Assembly (NCBI GenBank): GCA_035607335.1 | Contig: DATNBB010000280.1 | Coordinates: 1 to 50,171, forward strand | Direction of reading: 5' to 3' | DNA: 50,171 nt | Origin: Candidatus Binatia bacterium | GTDB taxonomy: Bacteria; Acidobacteriota; Terriglobia; Acidiferrales; UBA7541 | Shown here: in pieces, positions 35,667-47,003 of the stretch | Position numbering within the stretch: the first letter of the stretch is position 1 | Layout of the letters: each line of letters starts with the position of its first letter | Program-made: the position numbers and the translations under genes | Notes under the pieces: model-generated | Told to the model about the DNA's origin: nothing | The model's input: the letters and a program-made list of their open reading frames with translations, nothing else | Database searches by the model: none

Positions 35667-38474
35667 ATGAGCCTGAAAAACATCATCATTCGGGGAGCGC
35701 GCCAGCACAACCTGAAGAATCTTCATCTGGAAATTCCTCGCAATACGCTGACGGTGGTGACCGGCCTATCGGGCTCAGGAAAATCGTCGTTGGCATTCGA
35801 TACGCTTTATGCCGAGGGCCAACGACGCTACGTCGAGTCGCTTTCAGCTTACGCCCGGCAATTTCTGGATCAGATGGAGCGGCCGGAGGTCGACTCAGTC
35901 GAAGGTCTTTCGCCTTCCATCGCGATTGAGCAGAAGACGACCACGCGCTCGCCGCGTTCGACAGTTGGAACAATTACGGAAATTTACGACTACCTGCGAG
36001 TAGTCTACAGCGCGATAGGTACGCCCCATTGCCCCACGTGCGGTAAGCCAATCACGCGGCAATCGACGGAGCAAATCGTGCAATCGATTTTGGCGCTGAA
36101 GCCGGACGATCGGATTATGGTTCTCGCGCCGGTGGTGCGAGGGCGAAAGGGCGAATACAAGAAGGAACTGGAGAAATACGCAAAAGACGGCTATGTGCGC
36201 GCACGAATCGATGGAGAGCTTATCAATTTAGACGAGCCGCCGCAGCTTGATCGCCGGAAGAATCACACGATTGAGATTGTTATCGATCGCGTGTTGCTGA
36301 AAGGCGGAGTTACGCAGCGCCTTGAACAATCGATCGAGACAGCGCTGAAACTAACGGGCGGCCTGGTGACGATCGCCGTTGTAGGCGGCGAAGAGCACGT
36401 CTATTCCGAAAAGCTGGCTTGCCCGGACTGCGGCATTTCCGTGCCTCAGCTTGAGCCGCGGTCTTTCAGTTTCAATTCACCTTACGGTGCCTGCCCGGAA
36501 TGCCATGGGCTTGGCTCGAATTACGAGTTTGATCCAGCCAAAGTGATTGTGGATTGGAGCAAGCCTCTCTTTGAAGGCGGATTGGGCCCGGGTTCGGGAT
36601 CCGCGCATTTGCAGCGCACTTTGAAGCTTGCCTCGGTTGCGTACGGCTTTGACCTGGACACGCCCTTCGAGAAATTTCCTCGCAAAGTGCAGAATCTGAT
36701 TCTTCACGGGAATCCGGAAAATGGCGGATCGTCAAAGGGGCTGAATTTTCAAGGCATCTTGGCGTATCTCGAAAGCGGCCTCGAGGAATCGCGGTCGGAC
36801 GGCTATCGCGAGTGGCTTACGCAGTACATGTCGCCCTCGATTTGCACCGCTTGCGAAGGAAGACGGCTGCGGCCCGAAAGTCTTGCTGTGAAGATTGCAG
36901 GTCTCTCTATCGCGGATTTTACGGCGCTATCGCTCGAGGAGGCGCGCGCCGCGGTTGACAAGATTCGCGGTCAGCTTACGTTGCGGCAGCGCCAGATTGC
37001 CGCGCGACCGCTCAGCGAAATTGCAGAACGCATCGATTTTCTGCTTGCTGTGGGGCTTAGCTATCTGACTCTCGACCGTTCGGCTGCGACTCTCTCCGGA
37101 GGCGAGGCCCAGCGCATTCGTCTCGCGACGCAGATTGGCTCCCGGCTACGCGGTGTTCTTTACGTACTGGACGAGCCTTCGATTGGATTGCACGCACGCG
37201 ATAACGGGCGGCTAATCACCACGCTGGAAACGCTGCGAGATCTCGGGAATACGGTGCTCGTTGTGGAGCACGATGAAGAGACGATCCGGCGCGCCGACTA
37301 CGTGCTGGATCTCGGCCCTGGTGCGGGGACAGCAGGGGGTTATCTCGTGGCTGCCGGTTCGCCGGAGGAGATTGCAGCGAATCCTGCTTCGCTTACGGGG
37401 CAATACCTTTCAGGCAAAACAGAAATTCCGGTACCGGCCACTCGACGGAGCCCCGGCGATAAAGCGATCTCAATTCTTGGCGCAAGCGGCAACAACCTGA
37501 AGAACATCGATGTGGCGATTCCGCTTGGCTTGCTCAATGTCGTCACAGGTGTTTCCGGCTCGGGCAAATCGACGCTGGTGAATGACATTCTTTACGTCGC
37601 GCTCGCCGCCAGACTTTACCGCTCGATGGAAAAACCGGCGGCGCATCGCGCAGTCATGGGCATTGAACACATCGATAAAGTGATCCAGATCGATCAGGCT
37701 CCGATTGGCCGCACGCCGCGGTCGAATCCGGCGACATACACGAGTGTTTTCGCGTCCATTCGGGAACTTTATGCGATGCTGCCCGAATCCCGGGAGCGCG
37801 GCTACAAGCCAGGGCGTTTCAGTTTCAACGTGAAGGGGGGCCGTTGCGAAGCGTGCCAGGGCGACGGACAGCGGCGCATCGAAATGAATTTCCTGCCGGA
37901 TGTTTACGTCACATGCGAGGTGTGCCGCGGCAAGCGGTATAACGCGGAAACGCTTTCCGTTCGTTACAAAGGCCTCTCGATTTCCGATATGCTGGATCTA
38001 CCGATTGAGGAAGCGCTTAAGGCGTTGGAGAATATTCCGGCCATTCAGCAGAAGCTTCAAACTCTGGTGGATGTGGGGCTCGGTTACGTGCGGCTGGGCC
38101 AATCGGCAACTACTCTTTCGGGAGGCGAAGCGCAGCGTACTAAACTCGCGCGCGAGCTGTCCCGACGGCAGACTGGGCGCACGCTGTACATTCTGGACGA
38201 GCCAACGACCGGCTTGCATTTCGATGACGTGAAAAAGCTGCTCGACGTGCTGAATCGTCTCGTCTCACTGGGCAATACGGTGCTGGTCGTGGAGCACAAT
38301 TTGGATGTGATCAAGCAAGCCGATTGGATCATTGATCTGGGGCCCGAAGGCGGCGCGGCGGGCGGGCGAATCGTCGCGCAGGGCCCGCCTGAGGTCGTTG
38401 CGCGAAATAAGAAATCGTTCACGGGGCAAAGTCTGGCTCGCCTGCTCGGCCAACGGAACGGCGGCGGTAAATGA
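35667..38474 (+). CDS. uvrA: Excinuclease ABC subunit A
   Basis: 935 aa. Two ABC ATPase modules (GLSGSGKSS and GVSGSGKST Walker A; LSGGEAQR signatures) and CxxC zinc modules. Confidence 0.98.
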   Translation: MSLKNIIIRGARQHNLKNLHLEIPRNTLTVVTGLSGSGKSSLAFDTLYAEGQRRYVESLSAYARQFLDQMERPEVDSVEGLSPSIAIEQKTTTRSPRSTVGTITEIYDYLRVVYSAIGTPHCPTCGKPITRQSTEQIVQSILALKPDDRIMVLAPVVRGRKGEYKKELEKYAKDGYVRARIDGELINLDEPPQLDRRKNHTIEIVIDRVLLKGGVTQRLEQSIETALKLTGGLVTIAVVGGEEHVYSEKLACPDCGISVPQLEPRSFSFNSPYGACPECHGLGSNYEFDPAKVIVDWSKPLFEGGLGPGSGSAHLQRTLKLASVAYGFDLDTPFEKFPRKVQNLILHGNPENGGSSKGLNFQGILAYLESGLEESRSDGYREWLTQYMSPSICTACEGRRLRPESLAVKIAGLSIADFTALSLEEARAAVDKIRGQLTLRQRQIAARPLSEIAERIDFLLAVGLSYLTLDRSAATLSGGEAQRIRLATQIGSRLRGVLYVLDEPSIGLHARDNGRLITTLETLRDLGNTVLVVEHDEETIRRADYVLDLGPGAGTAGGYLVAAGSPEEIAANPASLTGQYLSGKTEIPVPATRRSPGDKAISILGASGNNLKNIDVAIPLGLLNVVTGVSGSGKSTLVNDILYVALAARLYRSMEKPAAHRAVMGIEHIDKVIQIDQAPIGRTPRSNPATYTSVFASIRELYAMLPESRERGYKPGRFSFNVKGGRCEACQGDGQRRIEMNFLPDVYVTCEVCRGKRYNAETLSVRYKGLSISDMLDLPIEEALKALENIPAIQQKLQTLVDVGLGYVRLGQSATTLSGGEAQRTKLARELSRRQTGRTLYILDEPTTGLHFDDVKKLLDVLNRLVSLGNTVLVVEHNLDVIKQADWIIDLGPEGGAAGGRIVAQGPPEVVARNKKSFTGQSLARLLGQRNGGGK

Positions 38475-39325
38475 GCTCCGATTTGACGCCTGTTCCTTCC
38501 AGACAGCTAGTTGACGATAGTCCGGAATTTTCCAACGAGCCGCCTCACTTTTCGCATCCCCGAATTCCTGAAGACATCCGCGTGCCATGGGGCATCGGGG
38601 ACTTGGTTTTTTTTATCGTATTTGCCGTCGTGGCTACATTTGTAATCGGACTGCTTGTCGTAGGCGCGTTCGTGGCATTTGGAGTGAAGATCACGGCACT
38701 CGAGCAAGCAGGCCGCGATCAGGCGCTCGTTAGTATTGTGGCCCAGGTGATCATCGACTTTGCGTTGCTAGGCTATTTAGCGCTCCAGATTCGTTTGAAA
38801 TTTCGGGAGCCTTTCTGGCAGACGATCGGATGGCGCAAGCTCGATTCCGGCATTATTCCGCGATCGTTCGCTTATGCCGGGCTTGTCTTTGCAGGCGTGG
38901 TTATTTCGTTTCTCGTGGATGCAGCCTCAAATTTACATCCTCCCAAAGGAAACCTGCCGATCGATGCTATTTACCAGGACAGGTTGAGTGCGTTTTTATT
39001 TTTGCTGATGGCGGTTCTTCTCGCGCCACTCGTCGAGGAAACGATCTTCCGCGGCTATATTTATCCGGCAATAGCAAAGAGCTGGGGTGTCGTGGTCAGC
39101 GTGCTTATCACGGGCGCCTTGTTTGGTTTGCTGCACGGTTTTCAACTAGGTGGAGCGTTATGGCAGATTGCCCTTCTCGTAATCGTGGGGATCATTTTCA
39201 CTTGGATCCGCGCGACTGCGCGGACCGTGATGGCGAGCTATTGCATGCACGTTGGCTACAATTCGTTCTTATTTGTGGGGTTTTTAGTCTCGACGCATTT
39301 TCTCAGAACGATTCCCGGGCATTAG
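38471..39325 (+). CDS. CPBP family intramembrane glutamic endopeptidase (CAAX protease/Abi-like)
   Basis: Multi-TM protein with [10 protein letters not shown] and FGLLH motifs. ATGA overlap with the uvrA stop. Confidence 0.84.
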   Translation: MSSDLTPVPSRQLVDDSPEFSNEPPHFSHPRIPEDIRVPWGIGDLVFFIVFAVVATFVIGLLVVGAFVAFGVKITALEQAGRDQALVSIVAQVIIDFALLGYLALQIRLKFREPFWQTIGWRKLDSGIIPRSFAYAGLVFAGVVISFLVDAASNLHPPKGNLPIDAIYQDRLSAFLFLLMAVLLAPLVEETIFRGYIYPAIAKSWGVVVSVLITGALFGLLHGFQLGGALWQIALLVIVGIIFTWIRATARTVMASYCMHVGYNSFLFVGFLVSTHFLRTIPGH

Positions 39326-39328
39326 CGA

Positions 39329-41818
39329 TTATTGGGAGCTTTCCGCGCCCTCATCATCCGGAGTTCCCAGAGCCAACGCGATCAGAGTTTTCTGCTCCAT
39401 CTCGTGGGCCTTGTGGGATCCCGTCGCTGGGCTGGCGGCCGCGGAACGTTTGACGGAAAGCACAGGCCGTCCGCCTGTAACGCGTTCAAGCTGGGGCAGG
39501 ATAAACCCGAGTGCGCCCATATTGGCCGGCTCCTCTTGCACCCAAACGAACTCCGCATCCGCATATCGGCTTAACTCCGCAGCAAGCTCTTCGTGCGGGA
39601 AAGGATAAAGCTGCTCGACCAAAACGACGGCAGTTCCATCGCCGCCGCGCCGTTTTCTTGCGGCATTCAATTCGTGTCCAATTTTCCCCGTGCAGATGAG
39701 TACGCGCTGTGCCGATCCATCGCCGGGATCAGGAATCACGGTTTGGAACGCACCATTTGCCAGATCTGACAGCGGCGAGGATGCGGCAGGATGCCGCAAC
39801 ATGCTCTTGGGAGTGAATACGACGAGCGGCTTGCGCCATGAGCGCAGCGCCTGCCGCCGGAGCAAATGAAAATATTGCGCGGCCGTCGAGGGATAGCAGA
39901 TTTGAATGTTGTCACGCGCGGCAAGCTGCAGGTAACGCTCAATGCGCGCGCTGGAGTGCTCGGGTCCCTGGCCTTCGTAGCCGTGCGGAAGCAGCATGAC
40001 AAGACCCGAAAGCAAGTTCCACTTGTCTTCGCTGGCCGCGATAAACTGATCAATGATAATCTGAGCGCCGTTCGCAAAGTCGCCGAACTGTGCCTCCCAC
40101 AAAACTAACGCCTCCGGATAATCCCGGCTGAATCCATATTCGAATCCGAGTACGCCCGCTTCGGAAAGAGGCGAATTGTAAATCTCACACCACGTTGTGT
40201 CGGAAAGATGTTGCAGAGGAACGTATTCTTCTTCGGTTTCGATATCGATCAATAACGCGTGGCGCTGATTGAATGTGCCGCGGCGGCTGTCTTGTCCCGT
40301 AAGGCGCACGGGGGTGCCCTGCGAGATCAAAGAACCGAACGCCAAGGCCTCCGCCATGCCGTAATCGAGCGGGCGCTTCCCTTCCGCCATTTCCAGCCGC
40401 TGCTCGAGTAGCTTCATCACCTTCGGATGAACGTGAAAGCCCTCCGGATAACTGACCAGGGATTTGCCAACGGCTGTTAGCACATCCTCCGGAACTGCTG
40501 TAGGAACTTCGAATGAGCTGTCATAGCGGCCGCCCCGGTAGTTACTCCAATAACCGGGAAGCCGGCGCATAAGCGGGCTTTTCTCGAGTTCTTTCGCACG
40601 CTGGCGTGCTTCTTCAATTTCCGCTCGCACGCGCTCGACAACGGGCGCCGGGTCCGCTCCAGTATTTTGCGCATAGATCCGGTAAAGCGGCGGATGCGCC
40701 TCGATTTTCCGGTAGCGTATGGGCTGCGTAATTGTGGGATCGTCGACTTCACTATGGCCGTGCCTGCGGTAACCAATTAGATCAATCACAACGGGCGTTC
40801 CGAAAGCGTTGCGATATTCAAGAGCCATACGCCCAACCCGGACCACGGCGTCGGGATCCTCGGCGTTCACATGAAATATTGGGATCGCCAAGCGCTTTGC
40901 CAGATCGGAAGAGAAGCGGCTTGAGTTCGAATCGCGCGGCGCCGTGGTAAACCCAATCAGGTTGTTGACGATGATGCTCACTGAGCCGCCAACGGTGTAG
41001 CCTTCCAAGTTGGACATCGTCAATGTCTCGGCCCAAACGCCCTGGCCTGCAAACGCGGCGTCTCCATGCATGGTGATTGGCACCACGAGGCGTCTGCCGT
41101 CGGGCCTGCGCATCTGCTTTGATCGCGTGCGGCCCATTGCTACAGGATCGACGGCTTCGAGGTGGCTCGGATTCGAAACAAGGTGCACGCCGATTTGCCG
41201 GCCATTCGCGGCATGAAAATCGCCCGTCGCGCCCATATGATATTTCACGTCGCCGCTGCCGAGAACGCTGCGCGGGTCGACATCTTCAAAGTGGGCAAAA
41301 AGCTCGGCCGGATCCCGACCGACCGTGTTAACCATCACATTGAGCCGGCCGCGATGGCTCATTGCAAGCATTGCCTTTTCAGCGCCCTGCTCGGCAGCTG
41401 CATTGAGAATAGCGTCGAGCAGCGGCAGGAGAGCCGTTTCTCCTTCGAGCGAGAAACGCTTCGTGCCGAGATAGCGAGTCTGCAACACCTGCTCGAAGAC
41501 TTCCGCGCGAATCAACAACTCGAGAATTCGCGCGCGATCAGGCTCGGGCGCTTCCGATTCCATCCGCTCCTGCACCCATAAGCGGCGCTCGCGATCTGGA
41601 ATATGCATGAACTCCACGCCGATGCTGCCGCAATAGCAACGACGAGCCGCTTCAGCCTCCGGCCCGGATATATCAAGTTCAGGCATCTGTAAAGGCTTCA
41701 TATCGCCGAGCGGATCGAGATTTGCCTGAAGATAGCCCCAGCGCCGAAACGAATCCCAAATATGTTCTTGTGCATCCGGCGATTGATCTGGGACCACGGC
41801 GGTTTGTTGCTGACTCAT
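39329..41818 (-). CDS. sucA: 2-oxoglutarate dehydrogenase E1 component
   Basis: 829 aa. GYLQANLDPLG N-terminal motif, a ThDP-binding region (HGDAAFAGQGVV-like), and a transketolase-like C-terminal half (LWEAQFGDFANGAQ). Confidence 0.94.
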   Translation of the reverse strand: MSQQQTAVVPDQSPDAQEHIWDSFRRWGYLQANLDPLGDMKPLQMPELDISGPEAEAARRCYCGSIGVEFMHIPDRERRLWVQERMESEAPEPDRARILELLIRAEVFEQVLQTRYLGTKRFSLEGETALLPLLDAILNAAAEQGAEKAMLAMSHRGRLNVMVNTVGRDPAELFAHFEDVDPRSVLGSGDVKYHMGATGDFHAANGRQIGVHLVSNPSHLEAVDPVAMGRTRSKQMRRPDGRRLVVPITMHGDAAFAGQGVWAETLTMSNLEGYTVGGSVSIIVNNLIGFTTAPRDSNSSRFSSDLAKRLAIPIFHVNAEDPDAVVRVGRMALEYRNAFGTPVVIDLIGYRRHGHSEVDDPTITQPIRYRKIEAHPPLYRIYAQNTGADPAPVVERVRAEIEEARQRAKELEKSPLMRRLPGYWSNYRGGRYDSSFEVPTAVPEDVLTAVGKSLVSYPEGFHVHPKVMKLLEQRLEMAEGKRPLDYGMAEALAFGSLISQGTPVRLTGQDSRRGTFNQRHALLIDIETEEEYVPLQHLSDTTWCEIYNSPLSEAGVLGFEYGFSRDYPEALVLWEAQFGDFANGAQIIIDQFIAASEDKWNLLSGLVMLLPHGYEGQGPEHSSARIERYLQLAARDNIQICYPSTAAQYFHLLRRQALRSWRKPLVVFTPKSMLRHPAASSPLSDLANGAFQTVIPDPGDGSAQRVLICTGKIGHELNAARKRRGGDGTAVVLVEQLYPFPHEELAAELSRYADAEFVWVQEEPANMGALGFILPQLERVTGGRPVLSVKRSAAASPATGSHKAHEMEQKTLIALALGTPDDEGAESSQ

Positions 41819-41860
41819 GAAAGCTCCCTGAGGCGGCTGGAAATACCATTATAACCGGGC

Positions 41861-41966
41861 TTTAATCCGCGGTCGGTCAAAAGTGCTCGAAGCAGTGCTC
41901 TTAACAGTAAAAAAGGTTCGCTGAGGCTCCAAGGATTGGACGCGTTGATCGCTCAAATAGTTTTTT
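41861..41966 (+). repeat. Diverged copy (H) of the intergenic repeat element
   Basis: TTTAATCCGCGGTC at 41861-41874 (compare TTCTAATCGCCGGTC in copy A). GTGCTCTTAACAG at 41895-41907 (compare GTGCTCTCAACAA in copy B). An A-run plus GG at 41909-41916 and a T6 run at 41961-41966. The right palindrome arm is missing. Confidence 0.45.
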
Positions 41967-42062
41967 AGGGATGCCGGAGGGTGGGTTCGATGAAACCGGC
42001 AGAGTCGGCTCAGCGGCGCTCCGCCGGTTCGTTCTGGGGTCTGTTCGAAGGCGAAGGCGCGC

Positions 42063-42371
42063 TCAGGCGGTTGCGACGGGAAGACCCATGGTGCGCCGCT
42101 GCTGAAAACACTCCCGGCAATAAACGGGACGGCCCTGTGTCGGCTTAAAAGGGACAGTGGTCTCCTTCCCGCACTGGGAGCAAACCGTCTTGGTTTCAAC
42201 GCGCTGAACACCGGCCGAACCGTTGCCCTGCGCGCGAGTAGACTTGCACGCTTTGCAACGCTTTGGCTCGTTCTTAAACCCCTTGTCAGCGAAGAACATC
42301 TGTTCGCCCGCGGTGAAGATAAATTCCGCACCGCAATCGGAACACTTCAGGACCCTATCATGGTATTCCAT
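42063..42371 (-). CDS. Zinc-ribbon protein with four CxxC pairs (function unknown)
   Basis: MEYHDRVLKCSDCGAEFIFTAGEQMFFADKGF..PKRCKACK plus CSQCGKETTVPFKPTQGRPVYCRECF. Start set at ATG 42371. Confidence 0.68.
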   Translation of the reverse strand: MEYHDRVLKCSDCGAEFIFTAGEQMFFADKGFKNEPKRCKACKSTRAQGNGSAGVQRVETKTVCSQCGKETTVPFKPTQGRPVYCRECFQQRRTMGLPVATA

Positions 42372-42514
42372 ACGCTGCTCCGAGCCCGAACCGGGAGAGG
42401 ACAGGCAGCAATCGCTTCCAGACAACAACAGGGATTCAACCTTATAGGCGAACCACCGAACCGCCGGTTAGGTTTTCGCTGCGTTGTCTGGAAGTTCCCA
42501 AGTGATATGGACGC

Positions 42515-42712
42515 CTAGTCCTGCTCACGCCGCTGTTTTTTCCGGAGACGTTTACGCGAGAGGGCCTCCTTGGCACGACGCTTTTCGCCGGGTTTCATGT
42601 AGTAGCTGTGCTTTTTGATCTCTTTGATGATGTCTTCCGACTGCACTTTCCGTTTAAACCGGCGGAGAGCATTTTCCAAAGACTCACCCTCTTGAATAAC
42701 AACTTCTGCCAC
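42515..42712 (-). CDS. rpsU: 30S ribosomal protein S21
   Basis: 65 aa, MAEVVIQEGESLENALRRFKRKV...KKHSYYMKPGEKRR, with a basic tail. Confidence 0.95.
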   Translation of the reverse strand: MAEVVIQEGESLENALRRFKRKVQSEDIIKEIKKHSYYMKPGEKRRAKEALSRKRLRKKQRREQD

Positions 42713-43002
42713 GCGTATTCACCCCCGTCCTTATTCTTGAGATTGGATTTGAAAGGTTATTTCACTCTTTATTGTAGCCGAATGCCGTATGGCCCGGCTA
42801 TTGCCCACTGGTTCTATCGGAGCCCGCCCTTCGAAGTCAAGGAATAAATTCTCGCGGACCGGTTTTGGCATTTACTTATTACGGCGAAGTACACCTGGCC
42901 ATGCAATTGCGACGAAAGCCTGAGTTTTATTTTGAGGTGCACTTTCGCACTAGCTTGTTAGAATGTGGCCCCGCCGGAGATCAAACGCCGCAGGAGGCGC
43001 CC

Positions 43003-44235
43003 ATGCCCGTCATGCGCAACGCGATTGGAGTGCTGCTCGCAGGAGGACAGGGCGAACGGCTGTGGCCACTCACGCGCGATCGCGCAAAACCGGCCGTCCC
43101 GTTTGGCGGCGTCTACCGAATTATCGACATCACGCTTTCCAACTGCCTGAATAGCGACCTGCGGCGCGTCTTTGTGCTGACGCAGTACAAGGCGCTGAGC
43201 CTCAATCGTCACGTACGCCGCGGCTGGTCATCCCTCTTGGGATACGGCGAATTCATTGAAGTGCTGCCGCCACAAATGCGCGTCTCGCAGCACTGGTATC
43301 AAGGCACGGCAGACGCCGTCTACCAAAACATCTATTCGATTGGCAGTGAGCAATCGAGCTACGTCTTCATTCTTTCCGGCGATCATATTTACAAGATGGA
43401 TTATCAAAAGATGCTAGATCATCACGTGCAGGCCGGCGCGGATGTGACGGTTGCCGTGATCGAGGAAGACCCCGCAGCTGCAGCCAGACAGTTCGGCATC
43501 ATCGAGACGGATGAACACTGGCGCATCATAGGTTTTGAGGAAAAGCCGGCTGATCCGAAGCGATCGCGCATTCATCCCGATAAGACGAACGCTTCGATGG
43601 GCATCTATGTTTTTAACACGCAGTTACTCGTCCCCATCCTGATTGCGGACGCTGAAGATCCCAATTCTTCGCATGATTTCGGACGCGACATTCTGCCGCG
43701 GATCATCGATAAACATCGGGTGTTTGCATATAATTTTGTGGACGAAAACAAGAAGGAGACCTCGTATTGGCGCGACGTGGGAACGTTAGACGCATATCAC
43801 GAGGCCAATATGGACCTCGTTTCCGTATCGCCGGTTTTTAATCTGTACGACGAGAGTTGGCCGCTGCATAGCTGGCAGCAGCAATATCCACCGGCGAAAT
43901 TCGTCTTCGCGGATCCGCAGCGAATGGGCGTGGCGCTAGACTCAATCGTGGCCGGAGGCTCCATCATTTCGGGAGGACGCGTGCTGCGCTCCGTGGTGGG
44001 ATATGACGTGCGCGTGAACAGTTATTGCGAGGTCGAGGAGTCCGTGATTTTCAACCACGTGAACATCGGCCGGCGCTGCCGCATCCGCCGCGCCATCATC
44101 GATCGCCACGTAACCCTCCCAGAGGGGACCAAGATCGGTTACGATCGAGAGGCTGATCGAGCGCGATATCATGTATCGGACGGCGGAGTGGTTGTGGTCG
44201 CCCGGCCGGAATCCATGATTGAAGAACCGGAATAG
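43003..44235 (+). CDS. glgC: Glucose-1-phosphate adenylyltransferase
   Basis: LLAGGQGERLWPLTRDRAKPAVPFGG N-terminal motif, WYQGTADAV, and a C-terminal left-handed beta-helix. ATG 43003 behind AGGAGG. Confidence 0.95.
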   Translation: MPVMRNAIGVLLAGGQGERLWPLTRDRAKPAVPFGGVYRIIDITLSNCLNSDLRRVFVLTQYKALSLNRHVRRGWSSLLGYGEFIEVLPPQMRVSQHWYQGTADAVYQNIYSIGSEQSSYVFILSGDHIYKMDYQKMLDHHVQAGADVTVAVIEEDPAAAARQFGIIETDEHWRIIGFEEKPADPKRSRIHPDKTNASMGIYVFNTQLLVPILIADAEDPNSSHDFGRDILPRIIDKHRVFAYNFVDENKKETSYWRDVGTLDAYHEANMDLVSVSPVFNLYDESWPLHSWQQQYPPAKFVFADPQRMGVALDSIVAGGSIISGGRVLRSVVGYDVRVNSYCEVEESVIFNHVNIGRRCRIRRAIIDRHVTLPEGTKIGYDREADRARYHVSDGGVVVVARPESMIEEPE

Positions 44236-44263
44236 GGCATTACTCCGTCAGCGGTCCATCTGA

Positions 44264-45631
<1,368 letters not shown>

Positions 45632-45652
45632 ACGGAGAAGCCATTAAACCGC

Positions 45653-45683
45653 AAAGGCGCCCCGTCACAATAGGGCGCCTTTT
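45653..45683 (+). terminator. Rho-independent terminator after eno
   Basis: AAAGGCGCCC (45653-45662), 10-nt loop, GGGCGCCTTT (45673-45682) running into TTTTG. Lies 22 nt after the eno stop. Confidence 0.72.
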
Positions 45684-45740
45684 GCACTTTGCTCGACCTC
45701 CATCATTTCACCTCGTATCTTCCGTGGGTATACTCGCGTA

Positions 45741-46208
45741 ATGGAAAATTCCTTCATGGCTCGTGCGATTGAGCTGGCGATTGAAAATGCGCGTTCTGGA
45801 CGCGGTGGACCCTTCGGTGCCATCGTCGTAAAAGATGGAGCGATTCTCGCGGAAGGCACAAATCGCGTGACAGCTGCGAACGATCCGACGGCTCACGCGG
45901 AAATTGTGGCAATTCGCGCTGCCTGTGCCAAGCTCGGGGTTTTCCAGCTGAATGGGTTCGATCTCTACGCCTCGTGCGAGCCGTGCCCGATGTGCCTTGG
46001 TGCGATCTACTGGGCGCGTCCTGCCCGGGTCTATTTCGCCGGGACTGCTGCGGATGCCTCGCGCGTTGGCTTTGACGATTCTCTGATCTACCGTGAGCTT
46101 CCGCTCCCTCCGCAACACCGTAGTATTCCCATGGTTCAAATGATGCGCGAAGAAGCATTGGAAGCCTTTCGCGTATGGGAAGAGAAGCCAAATAAAGTCC
46201 CATATTAG
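45741..46208 (+). CDS. guaD: Guanine deaminase (CDA-fold, GuaD type)
   Basis: 155 aa, co-linear with B. subtilis GuaD: GGPFGA.VVKDG, DPTAHAE, CEPCPMCLGAIYWARP, GFDDS.IY.E. Confidence 0.9.
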   Translation: MENSFMARAIELAIENARSGRGGPFGAIVVKDGAILAEGTNRVTAANDPTAHAEIVAIRAACAKLGVFQLNGFDLYASCEPCPMCLGAIYWARPARVYFAGTAADASRVGFDDSLIYRELPLPPQHRSIPMVQMMREEALEAFRVWEEKPNKVPY

Positions 46209-46462
46209 TGGTTTGGGTCGCCAAAGGAAGCAATTGGTTTACGGCGCCGGAAACCGCCGGTGAAGCGGAATGGCGCAATATTCGCCAGTTGCTGGAAGAC
46301 GAGCACCAAAAGCTCGTGCATGCGGTGGCGGATCCTTTGCATTCGCGTGTAGTTCGGAAACAGACAAGGATGCTCCTGGGCGCGGCGTTTCACGACATCT
46401 ACCATGCGGGTCAGATTCGGCTTGTGCGGCGATTTTATGAGGCCCAGACCTCAAAGGGTTGA
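46208..46462 (+). CDS. DinB-superfamily C-terminal fragment (mini-protein or gene remnant)
   Basis: 84-aa ORF ending in the DinB-type FHDIYHAGQIRLVRR motif but lacking the N-terminal half of the four-helix bundle. Its GTG shares one base with the guaD TAG (TAGTG). Confidence 0.4.
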   Translation: MVWVAKGSNWFTAPETAGEAEWRNIRQLLEDEHQKLVHAVADPLHSRVVRKQTRMLLGAAFHDIYHAGQIRLVRRFYEAQTSKG

Positions 46463-46619
46463 GCACGACGTCGCGAGGTTTTTGCTGAACGAAAATACTC
46501 TTGCGGAGCCGTTGCGAGGCCCCATTTTCCGCAGATTTGATGATTAAAGAGCGACAAGCAAATAATTCCATCTGGTGCCGGACGCGAGTAGGAGTTATCA
46601 TCGCGCGGGTAGAGTCGAG

Positions 46620-46925
46620 ATGATGCGAATAAAGAAGAAGTCGCGAGTGCGGTCGCTGGTGGCAATAGCCATTGTCTTGGCTGTGCTCTTCGTTCTGATC
46701 GCGCCATCGCTTAGTCTGGCGCCGTCTGCACTGCGCGCATCAAGAGCGGCCCAGATACTCTTCCTCTCTCTTGTCCTTTGCGTATTTCTGATAACGGATG
46801 CGGTATCGGTCGCGATTTTTCGATACGCGCATTACCAGGGCTTTCTCGATTCCGGCTATCCGAGTCATCGGATTTGTCTGCAGCGGTGTAGCCTTCTCGA
46901 TCTGAACTGTACCCTCCTCTGTTAG
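46620..46925 (+). CDS. Hypothetical small membrane protein
   Basis: 101 aa from ATG 46620, with a basic N-terminus and two hydrophobic helices. No recognisable family and a weak SD. Confidence 0.35.
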   Translation: MMRIKKKSRVRSLVAIAIVLAVLFVLIAPSLSLAPSALRASRAAQILFLSLVLCVFLITDAVSVAIFRYAHYQGFLDSGYPSHRICLQRCSLLDLNCTLLC

Positions 46926-47003
46926 CACCTGTCTCCTAAAAACGTGCTTGGGGCCGTAATTTTGCGGCCGATTCTCCTATTGCACAGTTCCGGAGACAGA
47001 AAA

